Assembly: GCA_050872785.1 (NCBI GenBank)
Contig: JBNMHO010000005.1
Location: forward strand, 919-64,918
Length of the DNA: 64,000 nucleotides
DNA from: Clostridia bacterium
Lineage (GTDB): Bacteria > Bacillota > Clostridia > Christensenellales > UBA1242
Direction: 5' to 3'
Positions 15,607-25,951 of the stretch are shown one piece after another. Position 1 is the stretch's first letter, and each line of letters opens with the position of its first letter. The position numbers were made by a program, and so were the translations under genes. The notes beneath the pieces were generated by a model that had not been told where the DNA came from, did no database searches, and saw only the letters and a program-made list of their open reading frames with translations.

Positions 15607-18600
15607 CTACACCACAGGCAGATAAACTCTCTTAGGTGTTAGGTTTTTCAGTTGTTTTTCAATAGGTTTTCCTTTGCCCGTTCTGCTGTCAATCGCAACA
15701 AGGTCTGTTGGTTTAAATAATAGGTCATCGTCCGTCACAATCGCCATTGTGGTTGGCTTGTCTATAACTGCTGCAAACGCCACCTTGCCGCCAGTTGCAG
15801 TTATCTTCTGCCCTTTTCTGTATCTTACGCTTTGTTCAATGGACTTAACTACCGTTCTCTTGGCAACGCCCTTATCGCCAACAATCAAAATTTCCCCAGC
15901 ATTTTTTATGGAAACAGCAACACACGCACAAGTGTCCTTCCCTCCAAGTGCTACACCTTTAACACCGCCAGCCACACGCCCTTGCAATGGAATGTCGTCA
16001 GTCTTTGCATTAAGCACCATGCCCTCTTTTGTTACAAAAACAATCGTCCAATCTTCCTTTGGCTCTGGCACAACGTCCAAGACTTCATCGCCGTCCTTAA
16101 GTTTCATGGCTTGATAGGTCTTTTTGAGAAGTGTATATTCTTCTCTTGCGGTCTTCTTTATCATGCCGAATTTTGTTAGGAATATAAGATTATCTTCGCC
16201 TTTCATTTCCTTTTCGTCATACATGGCGATTATGTGTTCGTCTTTTGCTAGGTCTTTGAAAATGGAATAATCGGCAACGCCTTTATCTCTATATCTGCTC
16301 TCGCCAAAGGCTGCAACTGGAATTTTAAGACAATTTCCGAAGTTGCTGAACGCAATTATGTTGGTGTCAGAGGTGACGTTTAGTTTTAGTGTGTGAACTT
16401 GTGAAAGTGTCGAATTTTCGCCAAGTTCCTTGCTGCTTAGGTTAAATTGCTTAACTGGAACAGCCTTAAACATTTCGTCAGCCGTTTTCAAAACGACAAG
16501 TTCCTTAACTTCATTTTCTTGCTCTGCAATTTCTTCTGCAGTTGCTGGTTTTTCGTCATCTTTTAGGAATTTCGTCAATCTTTCGCTCTTATATTGCTTT
16601 TTAATTTGCAACAATTCGCTCTTGACCACTTCATATTGTTTTCTTGGACTTTCGACAATAGATTTAAGTTCTTTAATAAGAATTTTAAGCCCTTTAAGTT
16701 CTTCTTGCAATTTGTTAACTTCAAGACTTGTAAGCCTTGCAAGTCGCATATCAAGAATTGCTTGTGCTTGTCTGTCGTCAAGAATAAACTTCTCTTTCAG
16801 TCTTCTCTTGGCTTCTGTGGTGTTTGGTGAAGTTTTAATAATTTTCACCACAGCGTCAATATTTTTGATTGCAATAATAAGACCTTCCAAAATATGCGCC
16901 CGTTCTTCCGCTTGCTCAAGGTCATATTTGCTTCGTCTTAAGACAACTTCCCGTTGATATTCGCTGTAGTATGAAATGATATCAAGAAGTCCCATTTGCT
17001 TTGGCTTGCCGCCCGCAATGGCGACCATATTCACGCCAAATGTTCCTTGAAGTTCAGTGTTTTTGAGCAGTGACTCATAAATTTTATTTACGCTGGCGTC
17101 TTTTTTAAGTCGAATGACAGCACGTTGTCCGTGTCTATCTGATTCGTCCCTAATCTCTGCAATATTTTCAAAGCCGAACTTGCCTTCGTCCTTAAAACCT
17201 GCAATTTTTTGTAGCAAGCTTGCCTTATTAACTTGATAAGGAAGTTCTGTAATAACAATACTCTTTCTATCCGTTCCCGCACCTTCAATGTGCATTTTTG
17301 CTCGAAGATAAATTTTCCCACGCCCTGTTTCATAGGCTTTATAAAGTTCCGAACTTTCAAGAATATATCCGCCCGTTGGGAAGTCTGGGCCCTTTATTAT
17401 CTTCATCATTTGCTTTAGGGTGATGTTTGGATTGTCGATGTATGCCACAACGCCATCAATAGTTTCACCCAAGTTGTGTGTTGGAATGTTTGTCGCAAGT
17501 CCAACAGCAATGCCTGATGAGCCGTTGACCAAAATGTTTGGAAATCTGCCTGGAAGCATTTGAGGTTCTTTTTGAGTGTCGTCAAAGTTAAGTCCCCACT
17601 TAACAGTGTTTTTGTCAAGGTCACGCAAAAGTTCAAGTGCTATTGGTGCAAGCCTAACTTCTGTGTATCGAGCCGCTGCTGGAGGGTCACCGTCAACACT
17701 TCCAAAGTTTCCGTTGCCTTCAACAAGAATGTTCCTCATGTTAAAGTTTTGAGCAAGTCTGACCATTGCATCATAAACGGACGCATCGCCATGTGGGTGA
17801 TACTTACCAAGCGTTTCACCAACAATACGAGCAGATTTTTTGAAAGGTTTGTCTGGGGTGTTGCCCAGTTCGTGCATAGCAAAAAGAATTCTTCTTTGAA
17901 CGGGCTTCAACCCGTCCTCAACACGTGGCAATGCTCTGTCCAAAATAACATGTTCAGAATATGGAATCATGCTTTCATGAAGCACTGTGTCAAGGTTTTT
18001 GTAAAGTAGCCCGTCACCAATATTTTCGCCCGAGTTTTCCATATAAACTTTTTCTTCAATGTCAACTCTGTTCAAACTTTTATAATCATCACGGTCGCCA
18101 AGGTCAGCAAAAACATTTCGTCCAACGTTTCTATCCACTTCCTCAAAGCCTTTGTTTAGGTCTTCAACGTCATGACGAACTTTCAAGTTTTCGTCACTGT
18201 CAAAAAACATATCTGTATCAACTTCTTCCGTCTTTCTTCTTGAAGCTTTTTTTTCTTCAACCTTTTTGTTTTCAGTCTTGAGAGTCTTTGAAGAAGCCAC
18301 TTTTTTGTTTGAAATCTCGTTATTTGCCGTCTTTTTTGGTGTTTTTGTGACAGTTTTTGCAACTTTTTCTTCTTTTTTTGCCTTTTCCGCCACCTTTTCA
18401 GCCTTTTTTGTCACTTTTTCGTCTTTTTTGGCAGATTTCATGGTCTTTTCAACCTTTTTGTCGTCTTTTTTCTCATTTGCTTGTTTCTTGACCACTTTTG
18501 AAGGCTCACCCCCAATTTTTGTCAAAAGAGATTTCAATGTTTTGTCTTTGCCGTCTTTCGCTTTCAAGTTTTCCTCGTCCTTTTGTGTTAGATTTTGATT

Positions 18601-18780
18601 TTCGTCTTGCCCTAGGGATAACCCGTCAAGCATTGACATCTGCCCGTCAGCCACTTCAATTTGTTCCCGTTCGTCCTCGTCTTTTGGTTTTTCTTCCTCG
18701 TGAACAAACAGTTCCCCTATGTCAATCTGCCCATCAATCGCTCTTGGCGGGAGGATTTCATCATCTTCATAATCGTCCAT
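15607..18780 (-). CDS. parC: type IIA topoisomerase subunit A (ParC-like) with a ~246-aa K/E-rich N-terminal extension
   Basis: Motifs [19 protein letters not shown] (the Q is typical of ParC), [15 protein letters not shown] (the active-site Tyr region) and a beta-pinwheel C-terminal domain. It follows parE. The ATG at 18780 has GGGGA upstream. Confidence 0.8.
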   Translation of the reverse strand: MDDYEDDEILPPRAIDGQIDIGELFVHEEEKPKDEDEREQIEVADGQMSMLDGLSLGQDENQNLTQKDEENLKAKDGKDKTLKSLLTKIGGEPSKVVKKQANEKKDDKKVEKTMKSAKKDEKVTKKAEKVAEKAKKEEKVAKTVTKTPKKTANNEISNKKVASSKTLKTENKKVEEKKASRRKTEEVDTDMFFDSDENLKVRHDVEDLNKGFEEVDRNVGRNVFADLGDRDDYKSLNRVDIEEKVYMENSGENIGDGLLYKNLDTVLHESMIPYSEHVILDRALPRVEDGLKPVQRRILFAMHELGNTPDKPFKKSARIVGETLGKYHPHGDASVYDAMVRLAQNFNMRNILVEGNGNFGSVDGDPPAAARYTEVRLAPIALELLRDLDKNTVKWGLNFDDTQKEPQMLPGRFPNILVNGSSGIAVGLATNIPTHNLGETIDGVVAYIDNPNITLKQMMKIIKGPDFPTGGYILESSELYKAYETGRGKIYLRAKMHIEGAGTDRKSIVITELPYQVNKASLLQKIAGFKDEGKFGFENIAEIRDESDRHGQRAVIRLKKDASVNKIYESLLKNTELQGTFGVNMVAIAGGKPKQMGLLDIISYYSEYQREVVLRRSKYDLEQAEERAHILEGLIIAIKNIDAVVKIIKTSPNTTEAKRRLKEKFILDDRQAQAILDMRLARLTSLEVNKLQEELKGLKILIKELKSIVESPRKQYEVVKSELLQIKKQYKSERLTKFLKDDEKPATAEEIAEQENEVKELVVLKTADEMFKAVPVKQFNLSSKELGENSTLSQVHTLKLNVTSDTNIIAFSNFGNCLKIPVAAFGESRYRDKGVADYSIFKDLAKDEHIIAMYDEKEMKGEDNLIFLTKFGMIKKTAREEYTLLKKTYQAMKLKDGDEVLDVVPEPKEDWTIVFVTKEGMVLNAKTDDIPLQGRVAGGVKGVALGGKDTCACVAVSIKNAGEILIVGDKGVAKRTVVKSIEQSVRYRKGQKITATGGKVAFAAVIDKPTTMAIVTDDDLLFKPTDLVAIDSRTGKGKPIEKQLKNLTPKRVYLPVV

Positions 18781-18812
18781 AATTATCCCCGTTTTTCGAC
18801 TTTAAATTACAG

Positions 18813-20755
18813 TTATTTTTCTAGCCTCATAAAGTTGTCAACTTTGTTAAAGTCAACATACTCTGAAAGATATTTCTTTCTTGCTTCAATATCATTGCCC
18901 ATAAGAGTTGTTATCAAAAGTTCGGCATTTGCCACATCGTCAACACCCACTTTAACAAGTGTTCTTGTTTGTGGGTTCATGGTTGTTTCCCAAAGTTGCT
19001 CAGCGTTCATTTCGCCAAGTCCCTTGTAACGTTGAATTGTATATCCCTTGCCAAATCTCTTTATTGCGTCTGGCAGTTCCTTATCAGAATATACATATTC
19101 AATTTGACCCTTTTTCTCCACCTTATACAGTGGTGGAAGCCCGATATACACATTGCCGTTTGTTATAAGTTCTTTCATATATCTGAAAAAGAATGTAAGC
19201 AAAATGGCTCTGATGTGAGCGCCGTCTTGGTCAGCATCGGAAAGAATAATAACCTTGTGGAATTTCAAGTTTGAAATGTCAAAATCTTCGCCAATGCTTG
19301 TGCCAAGCGAGCCGATAATTGACCTTATTTCTTCATTTGCCAAAACTTGGTCAAGTCTTTTCTTTTCTGCATTAAGAGGTTTGCCTCTCAGTGGTAAAAT
19401 CGCTTGGAAGCCCCTGTCCCTTGCTTGCTTTGCGCTGCCGCCAGCACTGTCGCCTTCAACTATAAACAATTCGTTCAGTTCTGCTTTTCTGCCTGTGCAA
19501 TTTGAAAGTTTTCCAACAAGGCTAGAGTTTTCAATGCTATTTTTCTGACGGGTTAATTCCTTTGCCTTCTTTGCCGCCAGTCTAACTCTTGAAGCACCTT
19601 TTGCCTTTTCCATAATTATGCCGGCAATTTTTGCGTTTTCTTTTTTGTCGAAGAAGCGAGATAATTCCTTAATCACCATGCCTTCAACAATTCCCTTAAC
19701 TTCTGGGTTGCCGAGTTTTGTTTTGGTCTGTCCTTCAAACTCAATGTCACGCATTTTAACAGAAAGCACAGCGGAAATACCTTCCCTATAGTCCTCGCCC
19801 AAAAGGTTGTCTTCCTTGTCTTTCAAAAGTCCCAACTTTCTTGCCACATCATTCATAACCTTTGTTAAACCCGATTTGAAGCCAAGTTCATGAGTTCCGC
19901 CCTCGGTGGTTGGAATGTTGTTGACATAAGAAAAGAAACTTTCTGTGTAACTATCTGTATATTCAATGGAAGCCGACATTTTTAGTCTATCGTTTTCGCT
20001 TTCAATATAAAGTGCTGGTCTAAAGAGTGGGGTTTTTGCTTCGTTCAGATATTCGATAAAGTCCACCAAGCCGCCGTCATATTTATAGTTTTGAGTTATG
20101 TCGTCTTTCTCGTCAATAAAAGTTATTTCAAGCCCCTTATTTAAAAAAGCAAGTTCCTTAAGTCTGCGTCTTATAACACTTCCGTCAAGAACATTGTCAA
20201 GGAAAATTCTCTTGTCAGGCATGAATGTAATTTTACTTCCCGTTTTGTCTGTTTTGCCAATTTCAGTCAGCGGCTTTGTAACCACACCGCCATGCACCTT
20301 GCCCTTTTTATCTTCCAAACTTTCAAAGCGAATTTCATACTTTTTGCCATTTCTGCAAATTTCCGCATCAAGATAGGTGGAAAGAGCGTTTGTAACAGAC
20401 GCACCAACGCCGTGAAGCCCGCCAGAATAGTTATAGTTGCTGGAGTCGAATTTGCCGCCAGCGTGAAGTTTTGTAAAGACGAGTTCCGCTCCAGAAATTT
20501 TGTAAGTTGGGTGAATATCAACAGGAATTCCACGCCCGTCATCTTCAACAGTTGCCGAGCCGTCCTTGTGAAGCGTCACTTCAATTTTAGAACCGAACCC
20601 ATTTGTAATTTCGTCAATAGCGTTGTCAACAATTTCCCACAAAATGTGATGCACGCCCTTGCTTCCCGTTGAACCAATATACATACCAGGTCTTAAACGA
20701 ACAGCATCTAGTCCTTCAAGAACCACCAAGTCTTTTGAATCATAACTCTTTGCCA
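18813..20755 (-). CDS. parE: type IIA topoisomerase subunit B (ParE/GyrB family)
   Basis: GHKL ATPase motifs (LEGLDAVRLRPGMYIG, GLHGVG), Toprim EGDSAGG and a PLRGK motif. The likely start is GTG 20755, 5 nt after GGAGG; the ORF-track start at 20819 is an upstream extension. Confidence 0.85.
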
Positions 20756-21012
20756 CAATGTCCTCCAAAGTCCGCTTGCCACAAGCAAACAACCAAATTT
20801 TACAATAAAATTTTAGCACACAAATTCATTTTGTCCAACCAATAATTGAAGTTTCTCAAATTTTTATGCAAAATTTTTGTTATAACCATGCCAAAAACTT
20901 GCCTACACACAATTTTTCAAATATTTATACATATTTTCGCATATTTATTCACCAATTTTAAGTAAAATATTTTTTATTAAATTTTTTTGAGAAATTATCA
21001 TAAACTACATTT

Positions 21013-22095
21013 ATGAAAACGATTGTCCTCACTGGCGGCGGAACTGGCGGGCATGTTATCCCAAACATCAGCCTTATTCCCCTATTAAGAAAGCATTTTG
21101 ACCGCATTTGCTACATCGGCGGAAGTGGAATTGAAAAAGACCTTATCTCGCACGAAAAAAATGTGGAATATTTTGAAATTCCCACGCACAAGTTTGTTAG
21201 AAAAAACATTTTAAAGAATATTTTTCTTCCATTCAAGGTTTTATCCACAAGTTTCAAGTGCAAAAAGATTTTGAAGGAACTTTCACCAGATGTTGTCTTT
21301 TCAAAGGGCGGATATGTGTCATTCCCCGTCTGCCTTGGGGCGAAATTTGTCAAAATTCCAGTCGTTGGGCATGAGTCTGACCTAACTCTTGGTATGGCGA
21401 ATAAGTGGATTGCAAAACTATCAAAAACATTCTGCACGACCTTCCCACAAGCGGCAAAAACGCTTAAAAACGGGGTTTTCACTGGTTCACCCATAAGAGA
21501 GCAACTTTTCCACGGCGACAAGCAAAAAGGAGTTGAGATTTGTTCACTTTCTGACACTTCAAAGCCATATATCTTGATAACTGGCGGTTCAACGGGTGCA
21601 AGGGACTTAAATGATGTAGTCTTTGCGTCTATCCCCGCTTTGTGCGAAAAATACAACATAATTCACCTTGTGGGAAAAAACAAACTAAACACTCAAATAT
21701 CCCACAAGAACTATTATCAAGCGGAATTTTGCTATGAAATAGAACATCTTTTTGCCCTGGCAGATGTTGTTGTATCTCGCAGTGGCTCGGGTGCAATTTG
21801 TGAACTTTTAGCACTTAAAAAGCCGATGATTTTGGTGCCACTTCCAAAGGGCAACTCTCGTGGCGACCAAGTGGAAAATGCCGAATATTTTAAATCTCAA
21901 AACTTTGCCACGGTGATAAATCAATGTGACCTAACGCCAAGTGTTTTGTGTTCAGAAATCGAAAAAACGCTCCAAAACAGAAAAACCATTGTCACCGCCA
22001 TGGAAAGTTCCACTGCCACCACCCTAACCCACGGCACGCAAAACATTGTATCAGAAATTTTAAAAATCACCGCCCCAAAATATGAAAAGAAATAG
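21013..22095 (+). CDS. murG: undecaprenyldiphospho-muramoylpentapeptide beta-N-acetylglucosaminyltransferase
   Basis: N-terminal GGGTGGHVIPNISL motif, a GT28 two-domain layout and a C-terminal GGS.GA...N motif. Confidence 0.9.
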   Translation: MKTIVLTGGGTGGHVIPNISLIPLLRKHFDRICYIGGSGIEKDLISHEKNVEYFEIPTHKFVRKNILKNIFLPFKVLSTSFKCKKILKELSPDVVFSKGGYVSFPVCLGAKFVKIPVVGHESDLTLGMANKWIAKLSKTFCTTFPQAAKTLKNGVFTGSPIREQLFHGDKQKGVEICSLSDTSKPYILITGGSTGARDLNDVVFASIPALCEKYNIIHLVGKNKLNTQISHKNYYQAEFCYEIEHLFALADVVVSRSGSGAICELLALKKPMILVPLPKGNSRGDQVENAEYFKSQNFATVINQCDLTPSVLCSEIEKTLQNRKTIVTAMESSTATTLTHGTQNIVSEILKITAPKYEKK

Positions 22096-22154
22096 CCAAT
22101 TCTTGAACAAAATTCCACACAAAATATCCAACTATTTCTTCGCAATAATACATG

Positions 22155-22190
22155 AAAAAAGACAGCATTTGCTGTCTTTTAGTTTTTTTT
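22155..22190. terminator. bidirectional terminator shared by murG and the convergent 163-aa gene
   Basis: Perfect 10-bp stem AAAAGACAGC/GCTGTCTTTT (22157-22166 / 22171-22180) with flanking A and T runs. Confidence 0.7.
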
Positions 22191-22680
22191 ACTCTCCCGT
22201 TGACATTTCTGTTGCCATGGACATTGCCATTTCAAAGCCCTGCATCATATCTTGCTCAAAGGCTGTGCCTTGTCCAAATTCGCTTGTAATTGTGGCAAGG
22301 AAACTTGAAGCAAGTGTTCCAAAGCCAGTTTTGGAATTTGGGTCTGTGGAAGTGTTGGAAAACATATTCAAAAACACAGCACAAATTGTGTTTTTTGCAA
22401 CGTCATAGAAAAGTTGCTTTTTGTCACTAAGAAGTGCTGTTTGCACAACAAAAACTTCGTTGTCCGTAAACGACACATCTCTTCCGCCCACTTGCTCGGT
22501 GGTGATTTCAAGTTTAACTGGCACTTTTTTGTATGTCATTCGCCTTTGTGGCACAACTTTTGTCATAATAAACTGCACAGTCTTTGTTTCATAAAATTTG
22601 ACACAGTCCTTCAAAGCCTCAACGCGAGCGTTCACATCGAGTTCACTCCAGTTGTTATATTCTTCAAAAACTTTTTCCAT
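22189..22680 (-). CDS. hypothetical protein
   Basis: The likely start is ATG 22680 (MEKVFEEY), 7 nt after AGGTGG. 163 aa with a Met/Ser/Thr/Glu-rich C-terminus. No family recognised. Confidence 0.55.
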   Translation of the reverse strand: MEKVFEEYNNWSELDVNARVEALKDCVKFYETKTVQFIMTKVVPQRRMTYKKVPVKLEITTEQVGGRDVSFTDNEVFVVQTALLSDKKQLFYDVAKNTICAVFLNMFSNTSTDPNSKTGFGTLASSFLATITSEFGQGTAFEQDMMQGFEMAMSMATEMSTGE

Positions 22681-22794
22681 ATTAACCCACCTTTTAGGCA
22701 AACTTGTAACGCTGCCCAGTGTTTTATTATAGATATTTTACCACTTTTTTGCACGAACTACAAGCATAAATAAGTTTTTTTGAAAATTATTTTT

Positions 22795-25350
22795 TTAACA
22801 CTCAAAATAGACTTTAATTTTCTTCTTTTTGTTCTTTTTAAGATTAAGCCCCAAGATTGCATTTTGCTGATAATCGAACAAAACACCCCTCACTTTCACT
22901 CTTTTTGTGCCACGTGGCATATAAACATTCACCGTTGTGTCACTGCTCGCCTTAAGCCTTAGCCGCAGCACCCCACGAGTTGAAACCCACATTTCACACA
23001 CAACGCCCCCGTCAAGCGGCACTCCTCTTATGCTGCATTTTTTGAATTCATTTGGAAAACTATCGAACAAAAATATGTCACTGCCGCATGATTTGACAAA
23101 CATATTCTTAACGCACGAAAAGAGCATGATATTTGTGTCAAAAGGCAATTCCTTTTTGTTTCCGACAAGTCCAACTCCTTGCCCTAGTCTATCATAAAGC
23201 GAAAACATTAAATTGCTTGAAATGAAGTTTTTAATAAGCGTTTTTAAAATTTCATAGCCGTCACTTCCCTCACCGCATGCAAAAAGTGCTAGCGCCATGC
23301 GACAGAGGTCATTTGAGCGATATTTTCCAGTTGAATTTAAAAATCTGCTCTTGATTGAGTTTGCGACCAGTGTTTCATAGTCTTTCTTGGCGTCAAAACG
23401 CTTTGCACCCACGCAATATGGCACAAGGTGAGATATAAAAGGCGAAGTTTCGTCAGTTTCAAGCCCGTTTAAGTTGTATTCCTTAATAAGCCCAAAATTA
23501 TCCACTTGCACGTCAGGCACAAGCGACAACAATCTGTCAAACTTACTAGCATTTTCTCCTTCACCTAAAATTTGACACACATTGGTTAAAATTTTAAAAA
23601 CACTTTTTGCCGTTGCAAAATCGACCATAGGGTTTGGTGAAAGATAAAAAACTTTGCCTTTTGGTCTTGAATAAGGCGAAATTCCATAGGGGGACTCGAG
23701 AGTTTTTGTTTGCTTGTTTTCCACCAAGAAATTTGAGTAAAATTCTCCCGTTTTTAGCAAAAATTCGTAAGATTTTTTAAGAAAATTGAGGTCAAGAGTT
23801 CTAAGATAGTGTTTGTAAACAAAAATGCACAAAAGACCCGCCACATTGTTGTTAAAAAGGTTTTGCCCTTCAATAAAAGTTGGCATGCCGTCTTCTCGTT
23901 GCAAACTTGGCACAAAAAGTCCTTCAAAGCCAAACATTTTTTGACATAAAATTTTGTAATTATCTATTTTTTCAAAATACTTATCAAAAAAAACTTCGGG
24001 GCTGGCGCTTCCCCCAAAATATGACGGAAACATAAGGTTTTCCAGTTGCAGATAGTGATTTGTTTGTCCCAAACACAAGTCAAACACCCCGCATGGAAAA
24101 TGGAACAGACTTTCACCCGATATTGCAAACAAGTAATTGCCAAATTTGCAAAGTTTTTCCACAAAATCTGGCGTAACTTCTCCACTTTTTGCCATTAAAA
24201 TCATTTTTTCCACGCGATCACATTCTACTCCGCCCAAGTCGAGTTGCGGAAAGGACATTTTTGTAGCAAACATCTCTTTTTGCTCCAAAAGTAAATTTTC
24301 ATAACTATCTTTCATTTTTGAAACAACTTTTTGCGTATCAATTAAGTTTTTGTCGTCAGAATTTTCACAAACAAACGCTTTTGCAACAATTAAAACTTCT
24401 TCCGCCCCACTTATTACAATCTTTTTGCCGTGTTTTTCAAAACTTCCACCACTTAAAGAAAATTTTAGCACAATTCCCACTCTTTTATTGTCTTTTGTGT
24501 GTGAAATATAAGTCATAACATTGTCTTGCACGTCAACTTCGTCATTTTCGTCATATTCTTTAGCATTCGCTACCCAAAATGAAAAATTTGCTTTTTTGCT
24601 GCCCGTGGAAGATATTCTGCTCACGAATAAGTCATTTTTGCACGAAACAAACGAATTTCGCAAAATCGCACCCCTCTCGTCTTCAAAATACACTTTAACT
24701 TCACCCGTCTGCATATCAAGCGCCCGATAGTAATCAGTCGCACGGCATGCGACTTCAAAGTCAAATTCCAAATTACACACCGCAATAGGTGATTTTTCGA
24801 CACTTTTTGTGCCAGAGGACAAAATTTTGTCCACCATTACATTTTGCGCTTCAACAAACTTTCCTTCACCCACCAGTTGTTTTGTTTTAATATATTCCGC
24901 CGTCACATCTGGAAAATCGTTTACATTTTTATCACTTTTTTCATCAATTTTTACACTTTTCTCTATATCAATATCTGTTGTAATGTTTTCAATAGTATTT
25001 ACAATGTGTTGCCCACAGTTTGCTATTTCTTGAGTAATATTCTTTTGCAATATGTTTTCGTCCACTTGAGGGATATTTTCTTGTGTTTTGTTTGAATATG
25101 GACAAGACATGGAACACCTACACTGCGAGCAATTTTTGTCACAGTCAAAGTTGGATATTTTGGAAGCATTTGGAACGACATTTGTTTCGCTCAGTCCCGC
25201 CACGCAAAATCTCACCGTATCTCTTTTTGCCCCGCCAAATATAAGAACACCCGTCTTTCCGTTGCCCGCTGGCAGTGCTTCTTCCTTGCAAACACTTGGC
25301 GTAACAAATTTCAAAATACTTTTTCCACGCTTTTTCACATTCACCCCCAA
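22795..25350 (-). CDS. divergent GH95-like glycoside hydrolase family protein (function uncertain)
   Basis: N-terminal ALPAGNGKTGVLIFGG resembles the GH95 ALP.GNG.LG.MVFGG motif. YYRALDMQTGEVKVYFEDERGAILRNSFVS resembles the GH95 Y.R.LDL..G...V.Y...G..Y.RE.F.S motif. It is large, with an alpha/alpha-barrel-sized C-terminal half. The start is TTG 25350 or GTG 25338. No signal peptide. Confidence 0.4.
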   Translation of the reverse strand: MGVNVKKRGKSILKFVTPSVCKEEALPAGNGKTGVLIFGGAKRDTVRFCVAGLSETNVVPNASKISNFDCDKNCSQCRCSMSCPYSNKTQENIPQVDENILQKNITQEIANCGQHIVNTIENITTDIDIEKSVKIDEKSDKNVNDFPDVTAEYIKTKQLVGEGKFVEAQNVMVDKILSSGTKSVEKSPIAVCNLEFDFEVACRATDYYRALDMQTGEVKVYFEDERGAILRNSFVSCKNDLFVSRISSTGSKKANFSFWVANAKEYDENDEVDVQDNVMTYISHTKDNKRVGIVLKFSLSGGSFEKHGKKIVISGAEEVLIVAKAFVCENSDDKNLIDTQKVVSKMKDSYENLLLEQKEMFATKMSFPQLDLGGVECDRVEKMILMAKSGEVTPDFVEKLCKFGNYLFAISGESLFHFPCGVFDLCLGQTNHYLQLENLMFPSYFGGSASPEVFFDKYFEKIDNYKILCQKMFGFEGLFVPSLQREDGMPTFIEGQNLFNNNVAGLLCIFVYKHYLRTLDLNFLKKSYEFLLKTGEFYSNFLVENKQTKTLESPYGISPYSRPKGKVFYLSPNPMVDFATAKSVFKILTNVCQILGEGENASKFDRLLSLVPDVQVDNFGLIKEYNLNGLETDETSPFISHLVPYCVGAKRFDAKKDYETLVANSIKSRFLNSTGKYRSNDLCRMALALFACGEGSDGYEILKTLIKNFISSNLMFSLYDRLGQGVGLVGNKKELPFDTNIMLFSCVKNMFVKSCGSDIFLFDSFPNEFKKCSIRGVPLDGGVVCEMWVSTRGVLRLRLKASSDTTVNVYMPRGTKRVKVRGVLFDYQQNAILGLNLKKNKKKKIKVYFEC

Positions 25351-25546
25351 ACATTATTAGTATTTTATGAAATTGTTGTTAATATATCCAAATATCCCTT
25401 TTGAATTGCCATTTCTTGCTATATTTTCTTCAAACAAATTACTCGCATACAAAAATAAATTGTCAAAAAAATTTTAAAAATACAAAACATATGTTTGACA
25501 TATAAAAATTATCGTGCTATACTCTCTCTGAAATTAGGAGAAAAAT

Positions 25547-25852
25547 ATGAAACAGTATTTATCAATAGGAATTTTAATGGAACTTGCAGACAAAGGGTGC
25601 GTGACAGCAAGCATACTTGCGAATAAATTTGAGATTTCAACAAGAACGGTTTACAGATATTTAAGCGAATTTGAAAGTGCTGGAATTCCCACGGAATGTA
25701 AGCGTGGCAGAGGCGGCGGAGTTTGCATAATAAAAAACTCGACACTCGAGAGCATGCTTTTGACCCCAGACGACAAAGCCCTTTTGCGACAAGCCCTTTC
25801 CACCTTGCCAGAAAAAGATGGCCAAGCCCTATCGCAAAAACTTAGACTGTAA
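25547..25852 (+). CDS. small HTH transcriptional regulator (HTH_11/DeoR-N-like)
   Basis: LANKFEISTRTVYRYLSEFESAGIP is a classic winged-HTH signature. 101 aa, divergent from the GH95-like gene. Confidence 0.6.
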   Translation: MKQYLSIGILMELADKGCVTASILANKFEISTRTVYRYLSEFESAGIPTECKRGRGGGVCIIKNSTLESMLLTPDDKALLRQALSTLPEKDGQALSQKLRL

Positions 25853-25951
25853 CTTTAACTAAATTATAAAGTTGGCTGTAATTCAAAACTATGGAACAAA
25901 AAACAAGACCATATTTTAGCCTTGTTTTTTTATTTTTTTATGCCACGAGGG

